Origin: an uncultured Candidatus Saccharibacteria bacterium
GTDB lineage: Bacteria > Patescibacteriota > Saccharimonadia > Saccharimonadales > Saccharimonadaceae
Length of the DNA stretch: 62,656 bases
NCBI GenBank assembly: GCA_964442535.1
Contig: CAYTZL010000001.1
Span: 1 to 62,656 of the forward strand
Direction: 5' to 3'
Positions within the stretch are counted from its first letter, which is position 1, and each line of letters begins with the position of its first letter. Below are positions 28,321-37,138 of this stretch, piece after piece. A program made the translations under genes and the position numbers. The notes beneath the pieces are model-generated. The model had not been told where the DNA came from and did no database searches. It saw only the letters and a list, made by a program, of their open reading frames with translations.

Positions 28321-28349
28321 AACTCATATCGAGATTTGAAAGGATTACT

Positions 28350-29966
28350 ATGGCAAAGAAAATCTTTTACGCCGACCAAGCCCGCGACAAAGTCCTCGCT
28401 GGCGCAAAACAATTATACGACGCCGTCAAGGTCACTTTCGGCCCTAAGGGTCAAAACGTCGTCATCGAAAAATCCTACGGCGCTCCGACCATTACCCATG
28501 ACGGCGTCACCGTCGCCGAAGCCGTCGACTTAGGCAGCACCGACGAGAACCTCGGCGAACAAATCGGCGCGAAGCTCATCAAATCCGCCGCCCAAAAACT
28601 CAACAAAGTCGCTGGCGACGGCACTACAACAGTTACCGTTTTGACTTACAACATCCTCAGCGAAGCCAACAAGCTCATCGCCGCTGGCGTTAACCCGATG
28701 GAACTCCGCAAGGGAATCGAAGCCGCAGGCAGCACGATCGTCAAAGGTATCGAAAAATCCGCCGAACAAATCGAAGGCCACGACTCTAAAGTTGCCGAAG
28801 TCGCCTCCATCTCCGCCGGCGACCGCGAAATCGGCCAGCTCATCGCCGACGTCATCAGTAAAATCGGCAAAGACGGCGTCGTCACCGTCGAGCAGGGCCA
28901 AGGCCTCGAAATGGAACAAGAAATCGTCGAAGGCTTCACCTACGACAAAGGCTTCTCCTCTCCGTTCTTCATCACCGACACCAACCGCCAAGAAGCCGTC
29001 TTCGACAAGCCTCTTATCCTTATCACCGACAAGAAAATCTCCAGCGCTAACGAGCTCATCCCGCTCCTCGAGCAATGCGCTCAGGCCGGCAGGAAAGACC
29101 TCGTCATCATCGCCGAAGAAGTCGAAGGCGAAGCTCTCTCTGTTCTCGTTCTAAACAAGCTCAAAGGCGTCTTCAACACCCTCGTCCTCAAAGCCCCATC
29201 TTTCGGCGACCGCCGCAAAGAAATCATGGAAGACATCGCTATCTTGACCGACGCCACCGTCGTCTCTAGCGACAAGGGAATGAAACTCGAAGAAGTCGGC
29301 CTCGAAGTCCTCGGCTCCTGCGGCAAGGTTATCGCCACCAAGGACGAAACCACCATCATCAAGGGCGCCGGCGATCAAAAATCCGTCGCCAGCCGCATTG
29401 AGCTCATCAACAGCCAAGCAAAACTCGCTAAATCCGACTACGAACGCGAAGAGCTCGAGAAGCGCGCTGCCGCCCTCCTCGGCAAAGTCGCCGTTATTAA
29501 AGTCGGCGGCGCTTCCGAAACCGAAATCGACGAAAAGAAATTCCGCGTCGACGACGCTGTCGCCGCAACGAAGGCCGCTCTCGCCGAAGGTATCGTTACC
29601 GGCGGTGGCGTCACTCTCGTCAACCTCGCCAGCAGCCTCAAGAGCGACGACGACGGCGCCAAAATCGTCAAACGCGCCCTCCGCGCTCCCTTCGTCCACA
29701 TCATGGAGAACGCCGGCCTCAACAGCCAAGCCCTCCTCGCCGAAGTCGAAAAAGCGAAGCCAGGGCAGGGAATTAACGTCATGGAACCCGAAAAAGGCCT
29801 CATCGACCTCAAAAAAGCCGGTATCATCGACCCCGCTAAGGTCACCAAGGAAGCCGTCATCATGGCCACCAGCATCGCCGCTACCGCCATCACCATGGGC
29901 GCCCTCATCGTCGATGTCCCCGAAAAACAAGCCCCTGCCGCTCCCGACATGGGCGGGATGTACTAA
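28350..29966 (+). CDS. groEL: Chaperonin GroEL
   Basis: VKVTFGPKG, AGDGTTT, KAPSFGDRRK, GGMY end. Confidence 0.97.
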   Translation: MAKKIFYADQARDKVLAGAKQLYDAVKVTFGPKGQNVVIEKSYGAPTITHDGVTVAEAVDLGSTDENLGEQIGAKLIKSAAQKLNKVAGDGTTTVTVLTYNILSEANKLIAAGVNPMELRKGIEAAGSTIVKGIEKSAEQIEGHDSKVAEVASISAGDREIGQLIADVISKIGKDGVVTVEQGQGLEMEQEIVEGFTYDKGFSSPFFITDTNRQEAVFDKPLILITDKKISSANELIPLLEQCAQAGRKDLVIIAEEVEGEALSVLVLNKLKGVFNTLVLKAPSFGDRRKEIMEDIAILTDATVVSSDKGMKLEEVGLEVLGSCGKVIATKDETTIIKGAGDQKSVASRIELINSQAKLAKSDYEREELEKRAAALLGKVAVIKVGGASETEIDEKKFRVDDAVAATKAALAEGIVTGGGVTLVNLASSLKSDDDGAKIVKRALRAPFVHIMENAGLNSQALLAEVEKAKPGQGINVMEPEKGLIDLKKAGIIDPAKVTKEAVIMATSIAATAITMGALIVDVPEKQAPAAPDMGGMY

Positions 29967-30086
29967 AGTACAAGACTCTTTAATCTAGATTAAACTAGCT
30001 TAAGACAATCTAAAGTAACTCAAGTACGTAACACAACCAAATGTTGGCGAACCCCTCCGGCTCGCCAATATTTTCCCCAATTTCGA

Positions 30087-30135
30087 GTTGAACTTGTAAA
30101 CGCTTTACAAGTTCAACCTCACTTTAGCAGAGGTA
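30087..30135. promoter_or_regulatory. Palindromic box copy 4 (14-bp arms)
   Basis: GTTGAACTTGTAAA-CGC-TTTACAAGTTCAAC, ~60 bp past the stop of the full-length FISUMP gene. Confidence 0.7.
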
Positions 30136-30172
30136 AAAAAGGCGCAATTCGCCATTAATTAACCACTTATTA

Positions 30173-31750
30173 CTAAAAAGTCGGTACTAAGCAGCGAAGA
30201 GAATGACCAATATAGCGATAGTTACTAAAGCTAGACGGGTTAATACTAGTATAAATGCTGAGGTAGTACGCTTGACTAGTTCTAGAAGCCGCTCGTGACG
30301 ACCAGTAATCACCTAAGCCACCAGCTACCCAAAATTTAGTACTACTATGAGGAAGAACATTCCCGCCCCGCACAAAAAACAATGGTGATAAAGCAATATT
30401 ATAAGTGTTCTCATCAGTAGAACCAGTCCCTATAAGACTTCCTTTGTCCCATGCTGACGCTAGCCCATACTGTTGCAATAAGTAAGCATAAGTTCCTTCT
30501 GTAACGGTGTCTATGTCCGTTGCACTGCTCGGCAATTTCCAGTTCTTTGGACAGATACTTCCACTTGCATCAGCATCTACAATCGCTTTGCCCGTCCCTG
30601 CCGCCGCTGTGTTCCAAGCATAGTGATTTCCAACGAGGTAATGGGCGTCATACTCAACGTCCGTATACGTCGCTCCGTTGTTCTTAAAAAAATTAGGATC
30701 AGTGCTCGGGGTTCGACTACCAATCACGGTAAATTGATCAGGACAAACGCTTGGGCCCATATTGTTATTCGAACATCCTGTTGTTGTGGTCGGATTAATA
30801 ATAACGTAATCCCCCATATCCCATGAATATGTACTCGCATAATTATTGTATCCGTACCCTAAGGTAGTCGCATTTATCGTCGTTACCGTCGTTTGCGGCG
30901 GATAGCTAGAGCTCGAAGCCCAGTCACTCTTCACGTCCGACGTCGCCGTAGTGACATTGGACGTCGAGATATTAAAGTCTAGGTTCTGGCTCATCCAGCA
31001 ATTCCCATCCAACATTTTCGTCACCCAATATTTCTTCCCATCTCGCACATCCGCTAAAAACGCTGTATCATTTACATTTGCTGCCTTGCATATTGCCGGA
31101 GTTAATTGCTGCATCTGCGTAATTCCGCCAAAAGTCGCTACAGTACTAGTAACCGTCCTCGGCTGCGCAACTACGCTAAGCGTTACGGTATTCCCGTAAA
31201 AGTCCTCCGCTGCAGAATTGTTTACCCTCGCTCCATAGAATAGCGTTAATTTCTTCGTAACACTACTACTGGTTGCTCCTCCAGTCCCGACACTCTGTTG
31301 ACTAGTAGTCATCGCTTTAAAACTCGTACTAGGATTGTAACTTGCTTCGCTATCTCCTAATACTCCATAATATCCCCACTCATTACTCATACTACCGAGG
31401 GTTTTAGATGAAGTAATGCTGGGGATCTTATGATTAGTGTTATTTCTTCCAGTTAGATTAGTATTACCGGAAACATACACAGTATATCCATCAGTATTAC
31501 CTACGGTAATTGTAGCAGTTTGTGATAATACCTTACCTGCTTCGTCTGGATTGGTCGAAGCATTAGCGGCGTCGAGGTCGGTTTGGATGGTGCCGGAACT
31601 GAGAGACAAAGAAACCGAAGAGCTAGTTTGAGAAGTTGTCGTCGTAGTCGTATTCAGCGGTATCTCCCACCCATTCGCCGCGCTAACTTCCTCCGCCCAA
31701 GCCAAAGCCGCTACTACTCCCATTATTACCCCTACTATCCTTTTCCGCAT
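30173..31750 (-). CDS. Full-length secreted protein with C-terminal FISUMP (Fib_succ_major)/C-type-lectin-like domain
   Basis: ATG 31750 with GGAGG; signal peptide; DVRDGKKYWV..GNCWMSQNL, GNHYAW, ICPKNWKLP, DYWSS, SLRCL. Confidence 0.85.
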   Translation of the reverse strand: MRKRIVGVIMGVVAALAWAEEVSAANGWEIPLNTTTTTTSQTSSSVSLSLSSGTIQTDLDAANASTNPDEAGKVLSQTATITVGNTDGYTVYVSGNTNLTGRNNTNHKIPSITSSKTLGSMSNEWGYYGVLGDSEASYNPSTSFKAMTTSQQSVGTGGATSSSVTKKLTLFYGARVNNSAAEDFYGNTVTLSVVAQPRTVTSTVATFGGITQMQQLTPAICKAANVNDTAFLADVRDGKKYWVTKMLDGNCWMSQNLDFNISTSNVTTATSDVKSDWASSSSYPPQTTVTTINATTLGYGYNNYASTYSWDMGDYVIINPTTTTGCSNNNMGPSVCPDQFTVIGSRTPSTDPNFFKNNGATYTDVEYDAHYLVGNHYAWNTAAAGTGKAIVDADASGSICPKNWKLPSSATDIDTVTEGTYAYLLQQYGLASAWDKGSLIGTGSTDENTYNIALSPLFFVRGGNVLPHSSTKFWVAGGLGDYWSSRAASRTSQAYYLSIYTSINPSSFSNYRYIGHSLRCLVPTF

Positions 31751-31798
31751 AAGCCCTCCTTTGGTTGTTATCAACCCTGACGGAGCGCCACCCCCAAA

Positions 31799-31942
31799 CA
31801 AAAAAGCGACACCGCAAGGTGTTCTACTCCCATTCGTAACTACAGCTTAACGCCAGCTACTTATGCGATGTCGCTTAAGTTGGCGTTAAGAACTATTGTA
31901 GTCAAACTGTAATCACATTGAGAGTAGAACATCCTCATTATA
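31799..31942 (-). promoter_or_regulatory. Extended -10 promoter and highly structured 5' leader of the FISUMP gene
   Basis: TGaTATAAT at 31937-31945; pairings TGTTCTACTC/GAGTAGAACA, CTTAACGCCA/TGGCGTTAAG, and alternative AGCGACA/TGTCGCT followed by a U-run. Confidence 0.55.
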
Positions 31943-31987
31943 TCACGAAATCAAGGCATTTTTAGATTTTTTCTCACCACAAAATCC

Positions 31988-32035
31988 AACTTGTAAACGC
32001 TTTACAAGTTCAACCCCATTTTAACAGAAGTCAAA
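31988..32035. promoter_or_regulatory. Palindromic box copy 5
   Basis: AACTTGTAAACGCTTTACAAGTT. Confidence 0.7.
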
Positions 32036-32097
32036 AAGTCCAAATTTTTGCTTAATTAACCGTTTTTGCCCACTTTTTTCTTGCTTTCGCCTCCAAA

Positions 32098-32341
32098 AAC
32101 TAGTCACTGTTCTCTCCTTCCTCCCTAGCTTAGGACTAGGTGGTAGGGATTAGGCAGCGAAGGGAATGGCCACGGTAGCGACTGAAGTAGTAGGACGGAT
32201 CGACGCCGGCAGTAAAGTAGAAGTAGTAGGCGTAGGTAGTATCAGAGTAGGCCCGAGAGGACCAGTAGTAGCCAGTACGGCCAGCGCTCTGGAACGGCGA
32301 TGAACCACCGGAGTAAATGAAGCCGCCCCGCACAAAGAATA
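32098..32341 (-). repeat. Variable FISUMP/CLec cassette 12
   Basis: LFFVRGGFIY..HSLRCLIPTT* (stop 32136-32138) plus tail. Confidence 0.9.
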
Positions 32342-32371
32342 GACCTCCTTTTTTAATGTAACAGAAACGAC

Positions 32372-32500
32372 TCGCTCAATTAGCCTAGCGACAAAGCATG
32401 GAGCTTGACTCCTTGAGGCTGACGCGGGTCGCGACCAGCGAGCGATTAGCGAGTCGGTCCGAGAGCGTCACCTCGCTGCGTCACTAGGCTGATTGAGCGA
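32372..32500. repeat. Singleton nested palindrome
   Basis: Arms TCGCTCAATTAGCCTAGCGAC / GTCACTAGGCTGATTGAGCGA. Confidence 0.6.
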
Positions 32501-32611
32501 CAAACCCCGCCCTCTTTTTTGCATTCCCCGTCAACACAACACCGCCACCCCCCTCGAAAACGCCCCCAAAAAATCCCCCTCCACGGGGGATTTTCCAGCG
32601 GAACAGAATAT

Positions 32612-33262
32612 CTATTTCTCCGTCTTAAAGCTTTCCGGAACCTTAAACTCTTCGCTGTCTTTATCCGGACCTTCGACCGCAACATAGTAAACCTTATCGC
32701 CCGACTCAACTACATAAGCCTTCAGCCAGCGATCATACGCCTTATAGAACCCACTCACAACATGCGCCTCCCCAACATTCCCGAGCTTCTCCTTACCGGT
32801 CTTCATATCCTCAGCATTACCCTGTTGCAGAATTGCCTCCACCCCCTTCGCCCAATCCTCAGCATTCAGCTCCGAAGCATCCTCAACCAAGATCGAAACA
32901 TAGTACCCATCCTCACTATTGCCATATTGGAATCCTTCCTGCGCCTCAATCTTCTCCCAATCCTCCGGCACTACAAGATACCCATATTCCTCATCCCCAA
33001 CCGTCTTCGTACCTTTCTTCTCAGCGTTCTCGCTCGTCGTCGCATCAGTACCAGCATCATCACCCTTACCAGAGCTCACCGCCGCCACAATCGCAATCAC
33101 CGCCGCAATCACCACAATCACCGCAACAACGATACCGACAATCAACCCCGTATTCTTACTCTTCTTCGCCGACGCCGCACCCTTCGCCGCCTGAGTCTTC
33201 ACAGTCTTCGTTGGCTTTGCAACCTTCTCAGCTTTGTCAGTTTTTGTAACTTTCTGCTCCAT
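32612..33262 (-). CDS. Single-pass membrane protein with extracellular domain (start likely MEQKV at 33262)
   Basis: Lys-rich N-terminus, one hydrophobic helix, acidic ectodomain. Confidence 0.7.
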   Translation of the reverse strand: MEQKVTKTDKAEKVAKPTKTVKTQAAKGAASAKKSKNTGLIVGIVVAVIVVIAAVIAIVAAVSSGKGDDAGTDATTSENAEKKGTKTVGDEEYGYLVVPEDWEKIEAQEGFQYGNSEDGYYVSILVEDASELNAEDWAKGVEAILQQGNAEDMKTGKEKLGNVGEAHVVSGFYKAYDRWLKAYVVESGDKVYYVAVEGPDKDSEEFKVPESFKTEK

Positions 33263-33372
33263 ATTTATCCCTAAATTAACTTTTATTACCCCTATTTTAC
33301 CACACTTCCACCATATAATACACATCAAAAAAGACGCCCCACCGCGTCTCTTTTCCGCCCCCACTTTATCTA

Positions 33373-33631
33373 TTATACTAGACGAGATTCTTTTCGATGA
33401 AGTTCTAACGGACGCTAGAGTGCCTTAGCGTGGATGCAGTGCAAGGCAAGCCAGAGGAACGCAAAGGGGCTGGGCTTATCGCCCTGCCCCTGCGTATACT
33501 GATTATGCTAGACGAGATTCTTTTCGATGAAGTTCGAGGCAACATCGCGCAACGGACCGAGCCGTACTTCAAGTACGGTGAGGGAGTAGCACAGATGTTA
33601 ACGAAGAAATTCGCGAAAAGAAGCCGTCTAG
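33373..33631. repeat. Composite family C palindromic elements (direct repeat CTAGACGAGATTCTTTTCGATGAAGTTC twice)
   Basis: Cores match both murE insertions; right arm CGAAAAGAAGCCGTCTAG overlaps the stop of the 33628 gene. Confidence 0.65.
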
Positions 33632-34086
33632 AGGCTCATCTCATCGATGCTGTTAATTAGATATAGCAACGAATCCGCCCTCACCTTATCATCACGAATC
33701 TGCCGTGCCGCCTCATACGCTGGCGCAATCACCGCCTTATCCCGCATCGTTGTCAACATTTCCTGATACAAGAGGAACCGCTTCTCTGGCTCAACCTCAA
33801 CCCGATCCATAATCGGGAACAGCTCCTTCAAAGCCGCTTCCTTAACCTTAGAAATATCCGCACCATACCCCATCGAGCGACCATACCCAGCCGACATCGG
33901 CGGCATAGTCGGCATCGCAGGCGCCGCCGGTTGCGCCGGCTTCGCCGTTGGCTGCCCCATCGGCGGCATCATATTAACTGGCGGCTGCCCAGCAGGAGCA
34001 GCAGGCTTCGCCCCAGCCCCACCTTTTTGCGTGATCTCATCAATCGCACGCTGTAAATCGTTGTCTTTATTACGGTTTTGGTTCAT
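33628..34086 (-). CDS. Hypothetical protein (Pro-rich linker, helical C-terminus)
   Basis: 152-codon ORF with SD-like GGGAG; codon bias matches neighbouring minus-strand genes. Confidence 0.7.
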   Translation of the reverse strand: MNQNRNKDNDLQRAIDEITQKGGAGAKPAAPAGQPPVNMMPPMGQPTAKPAQPAAPAMPTMPPMSAGYGRSMGYGADISKVKEAALKELFPIMDRVEVEPEKRFLLYQEMLTTMRDKAVIAPAYEAARQIRDDKVRADSLLYLINSIDEMSL

Positions 34087-34145
34087 TTTCTACTCTCCCA
34101 CCTTTATTATAAAATATAGCATATAATCCCATTATAACACAAAAA

Positions 34146-34793
34146 TCAAATTCGCAAGAACTTTATTAGCCGATCCAGAAAATCCAATTTCACCTCCTCC
34201 ATCGGCAACCTCGCCCCGAACGCATCCACAATCTTCTCCCCCTGCGCCTGAGGGAAGAACACCGTCAACCGCGGAGAAAACCGCTTCCTCGGCGTCAGCA
34301 CAATCGCAAAATTACTCCCCTCCTGCAAAATCCCAAACGCCTTAAAGTTCGCATACTGGTACAAATGGTCACCCTCCCGCACCCCAGTCCTCGTCAATCC
34401 ATAACTCAACATCCTCGGCGGCCGCATCGCATATATAATCAGCGCCACCACACTCAAAATCACCACCACCAAAAACGTCCACCACTGTAGCCATACCGCT
34501 ATCCCCGCCAAAACCAGCCCCACCGCCACTAGTCCAACATACCAACCCGCCGTCTTATCGCGCACGATATACTCCTGCGCCTCCCAGCTAATCAAATCCG
34601 GCTCCGCTCCGCTCCCCGCAGCTTCGCCATTACCATCACTTCGTGTATCCCCAGTCTCAATCTCAACCGCCTCAACAACCTCAACCTCACCAGAACCAGC
34701 CCCGCCATCCATGCGCTCCCCCTCAACTACCCGCACTTCCTTAGCCTCATCAACCCCCTCTTGCCTCACCCTAGACTTCGCCTCTTTTTCCAT
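34146..34793 (-). CDS. Conserved membrane protein (two TM helices; DUF5673-like)
   Basis: ISWEAQEY..K...WY motif then TM helices; leaderless start. Confidence 0.7.
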   Translation of the reverse strand: MEKEAKSRVRQEGVDEAKEVRVVEGERMDGGAGSGEVEVVEAVEIETGDTRSDGNGEAAGSGAEPDLISWEAQEYIVRDKTAGWYVGLVAVGLVLAGIAVWLQWWTFLVVVILSVVALIIYAMRPPRMLSYGLTRTGVREGDHLYQYANFKAFGILQEGSNFAIVLTPRKRFSPRLTVFFPQAQGEKIVDAFGARLPMEEVKLDFLDRLIKFLRI

Positions 34794-34982
34794 ACCCTTA
34801 TTTTACCACACAATCCAAAAATATACCAATTCACTTCAAAAAACCTCAATAGTTCGAAAGGACTTGATTTTGCGAGAAATCTTTTCGAACTTTTATTTTA
34901 ACAATGAAAAAATCGTCACTTTCTCTGCTAAAGAGCCTTTTGCAAGCCTCTTAAACGTGAAAACTGACGATATAATTTCTCC

Positions 34983-35075
34983 TGGCGGAGGGTGGGAGAT
35001 TCGAACTCCCGCTCCAGGTCTCCCCAGACTAACGATTTAGCAAACCGTCCCCTTCAGCCACTTGGGTAACCCTCC
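34983..35075 (-). tRNA. tRNA-Ser(GCT)
   Basis: GGAGGGT acceptor stem, anticodon loop TTGCTAA, long variable arm, GTTCGAATC, encoded CCA. Confidence 0.95.
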
Positions 35076-35229
35076 GTATAGATACATTGTAGCACATCTT
35101 TGCTACAATGCAAACCGTTCCTAGGCCTTGCCCCCACCTCCCCCACCTGTTATAATATAAAAACTGGCTTTTAGCTAGCGTATCTTAACAGGTACTTAGA
35201 TTTTCGATTTGAAAAGGAGTGTATTTTTT

Positions 35230-36354
35230 ATGTCTCTAATCGTCCTAACTAGACTTCCGTCTCGCCCCTATCAAGTTTATCAAGACGGTACCACAACCGA
35301 AATCCGTCTTATGCCCTTCGTCGGCGCTAAACTCTCCGACGTCCCGAACGACTTTACCACTTCCGAACTTTACGACGAACCCGAACAACGCGTCACCGAA
35401 TTCGGCTGCGGCCTCTTCAACGACGATTACGTCTATCTCTGGGGCAACGCTGACTCGCAAGATCTATTCACCTCTTGGCGCGCCATGCACATCCTCAGCC
35501 ACCTACACACCTTCGAAAGCTCCACTCTCCAAAAAGTCTATTCCATCAGCAAACGCGTTCTCGCCAACCACAGCTTCTCAACCCTCCGCGCACTCTCCGC
35601 CGACCTCCCCAACATCTCCGAAATCCGCCGCGAAATTTTACAATCCCACCTCCCTGCCTCCGAACTCGACCACATGCTCAGCATCTGCAACAGCCCCGAC
35701 AACCCGATCGACCTCGGCATCATCCCGTTCCACACCGAACTCTCCGAAGGCACCATTGAACGCACCGAAGAAGTCGACCGCACCCTCTCCCTCCACGCCG
35801 AAGCCATTCACGAAAGGGAACTACTCGTCCGCTCTTGCCAGCATCCTCTCCTCGAAGAGGAAAGTCTCCGCGCCTTCTTCCGCCAAGTCGGTATCCATCA
35901 CCCCTGTACCCCTCCCGCCACCGATTCTTGGTCATTCTATGACAAAGACCGCCTCGACGAAGTCATCCTCACTAACAGCCTACTCCACAAAATCCCCACC
36001 GAGCTCTACTGCACCGAAAAGCCCCACAACTTCCGCTTTTGCGGACACCCAATTATCAGCCTCATCGACAATAGCCGCCTCATCCTCCTTCGCGCTCGCT
36101 ACTTTGAACACGGAGGCATGCTCCTAGCGACCATCGACATTGGCCGAAAACCCGCCATAGTCACCCACGAATCACTCACGCCACACGAAATCGCCCGCCG
36201 CACCAAAGTTCATAAACTCGGTCATCTCATCCCCGCCTCACCCCACTTCGCCGGCATCGCCACCTACGAAACCACCTCTCGCCGCGACCTCGTCATCAAT
36301 TACCGCCACACCCTCTACTGGCGCGAGCGCCTCAACGCCCTCCTCGGAATCTAA
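35230..36354 (+). CDS. Hypothetical protein (own promoter, SD AGGAG, terminator 36362-36389)
   Basis: Long ORF with + strand codon bias; family not recognised. Confidence 0.7.
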   Translation: MSLIVLTRLPSRPYQVYQDGTTTEIRLMPFVGAKLSDVPNDFTTSELYDEPEQRVTEFGCGLFNDDYVYLWGNADSQDLFTSWRAMHILSHLHTFESSTLQKVYSISKRVLANHSFSTLRALSADLPNISEIRREILQSHLPASELDHMLSICNSPDNPIDLGIIPFHTELSEGTIERTEEVDRTLSLHAEAIHERELLVRSCQHPLLEEESLRAFFRQVGIHHPCTPPATDSWSFYDKDRLDEVILTNSLLHKIPTELYCTEKPHNFRFCGHPIISLIDNSRLILLRARYFEHGGMLLATIDIGRKPAIVTHESLTPHEIARRTKVHKLGHLIPASPHFAGIATYETTSRRDLVINYRHTLYWRERLNALLGI

Positions 36355-36453
36355 GCCTATCCAATCCCTCAGCCCTGCTGAGGGATTTTGCTCTACTATA
36401 GCACTTTTCCATGACCTTATTACATAGGTCTTATTACATAATTCAATAATCGA

Positions 36454-36583
36454 CCACGCAGGGATATTTCCACCTCTTTTCGCAGGGGGTGCGGACTTAC
36501 GAGGAGCATTAGCGCCACGACCCTGTAACGACAGGCGTCGTGGACGCGCCCCAAGAAAAGATGGTGAAGTATCCCTGCGTGAT
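36454..36583. repeat. Palindromic element family B, copy 3
   Basis: Core nearly identical to 1345-1430; different arms CACGCAGGGATATTTC / GAAGTATCCCTGCGTG. Confidence 0.85.
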
Positions 36584-36688
36584 CAAGTGGCTGTATAATT
36601 ATGTAGCCCACTACCTCGGGCAACTCTTCTCAATCACCCCCAAGTGTGCTATAATACAACCAAATCTATCATTAACTGCGAGAACGAA

Positions 36689-37111
36689 ATGAAGAAATTT
36701 GGAAAACACCTCTTACAATTCATCACCAGCATCGGCGTCGCCACATCGCTTTGCGCCGGTAAAGCCATGGCCCTCACGATCCAAGAAGGCGCCGAAGCTG
36801 CCCGCGCCGACGGCATGCCCGCCGACCTCGTCGGTGCCGACGGCGTCATTAACCAATTCACTAACATCGTCCTCTATATTGTCGGTTTCATCTCCGTCGT
36901 CATGCTGATTTGGGGCGGTATCCGCTACATCCTCTCCGGCGGCGACAATAAGAAAATTACCGACGCGAAAAACACTATCCTCTACGCCCTCCTTGGCCTC
37001 GTTATCGCTTTCTTCGCCTACGCGATCGTCAACTTCGTTCTTAACGCTATCGGCGCTAACGTCAATCCCGACTCCGACAGCGCCCTCCTCTTCCTCCAAT
37101 TTCTCGCTTAG
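36689..37111 (+). CDS. TrbC/VirB2-like pilin
   Basis: Signal peptide, IWGGIRYILSGGD....AKNTILYALLGLVI. Confidence 0.8.
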   Translation: MKKFGKHLLQFITSIGVATSLCAGKAMALTIQEGAEAARADGMPADLVGADGVINQFTNIVLYIVGFISVVMLIWGGIRYILSGGDNKKITDAKNTILYALLGLVIAFFAYAIVNFVLNAIGANVNPDSDSALLFLQFLA

Positions 37112-37138
37112 CTACACAACCGAACGCCTTAGTTAATA

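Noticed and set aside
348-32341. Cassettes as integron gene cassettes
   Set aside because: The tail lacks clear RYYYAAC/GTTRRRY attC ends, the units are gene fragments of a single family, and no integron integrase is present.
34983-36400. Genomic island integrated at tRNA-Ser
   Set aside because: No integrase and no duplicated tRNA 3' end were seen; the orphan gene lies on the 5' side of the tRNA.
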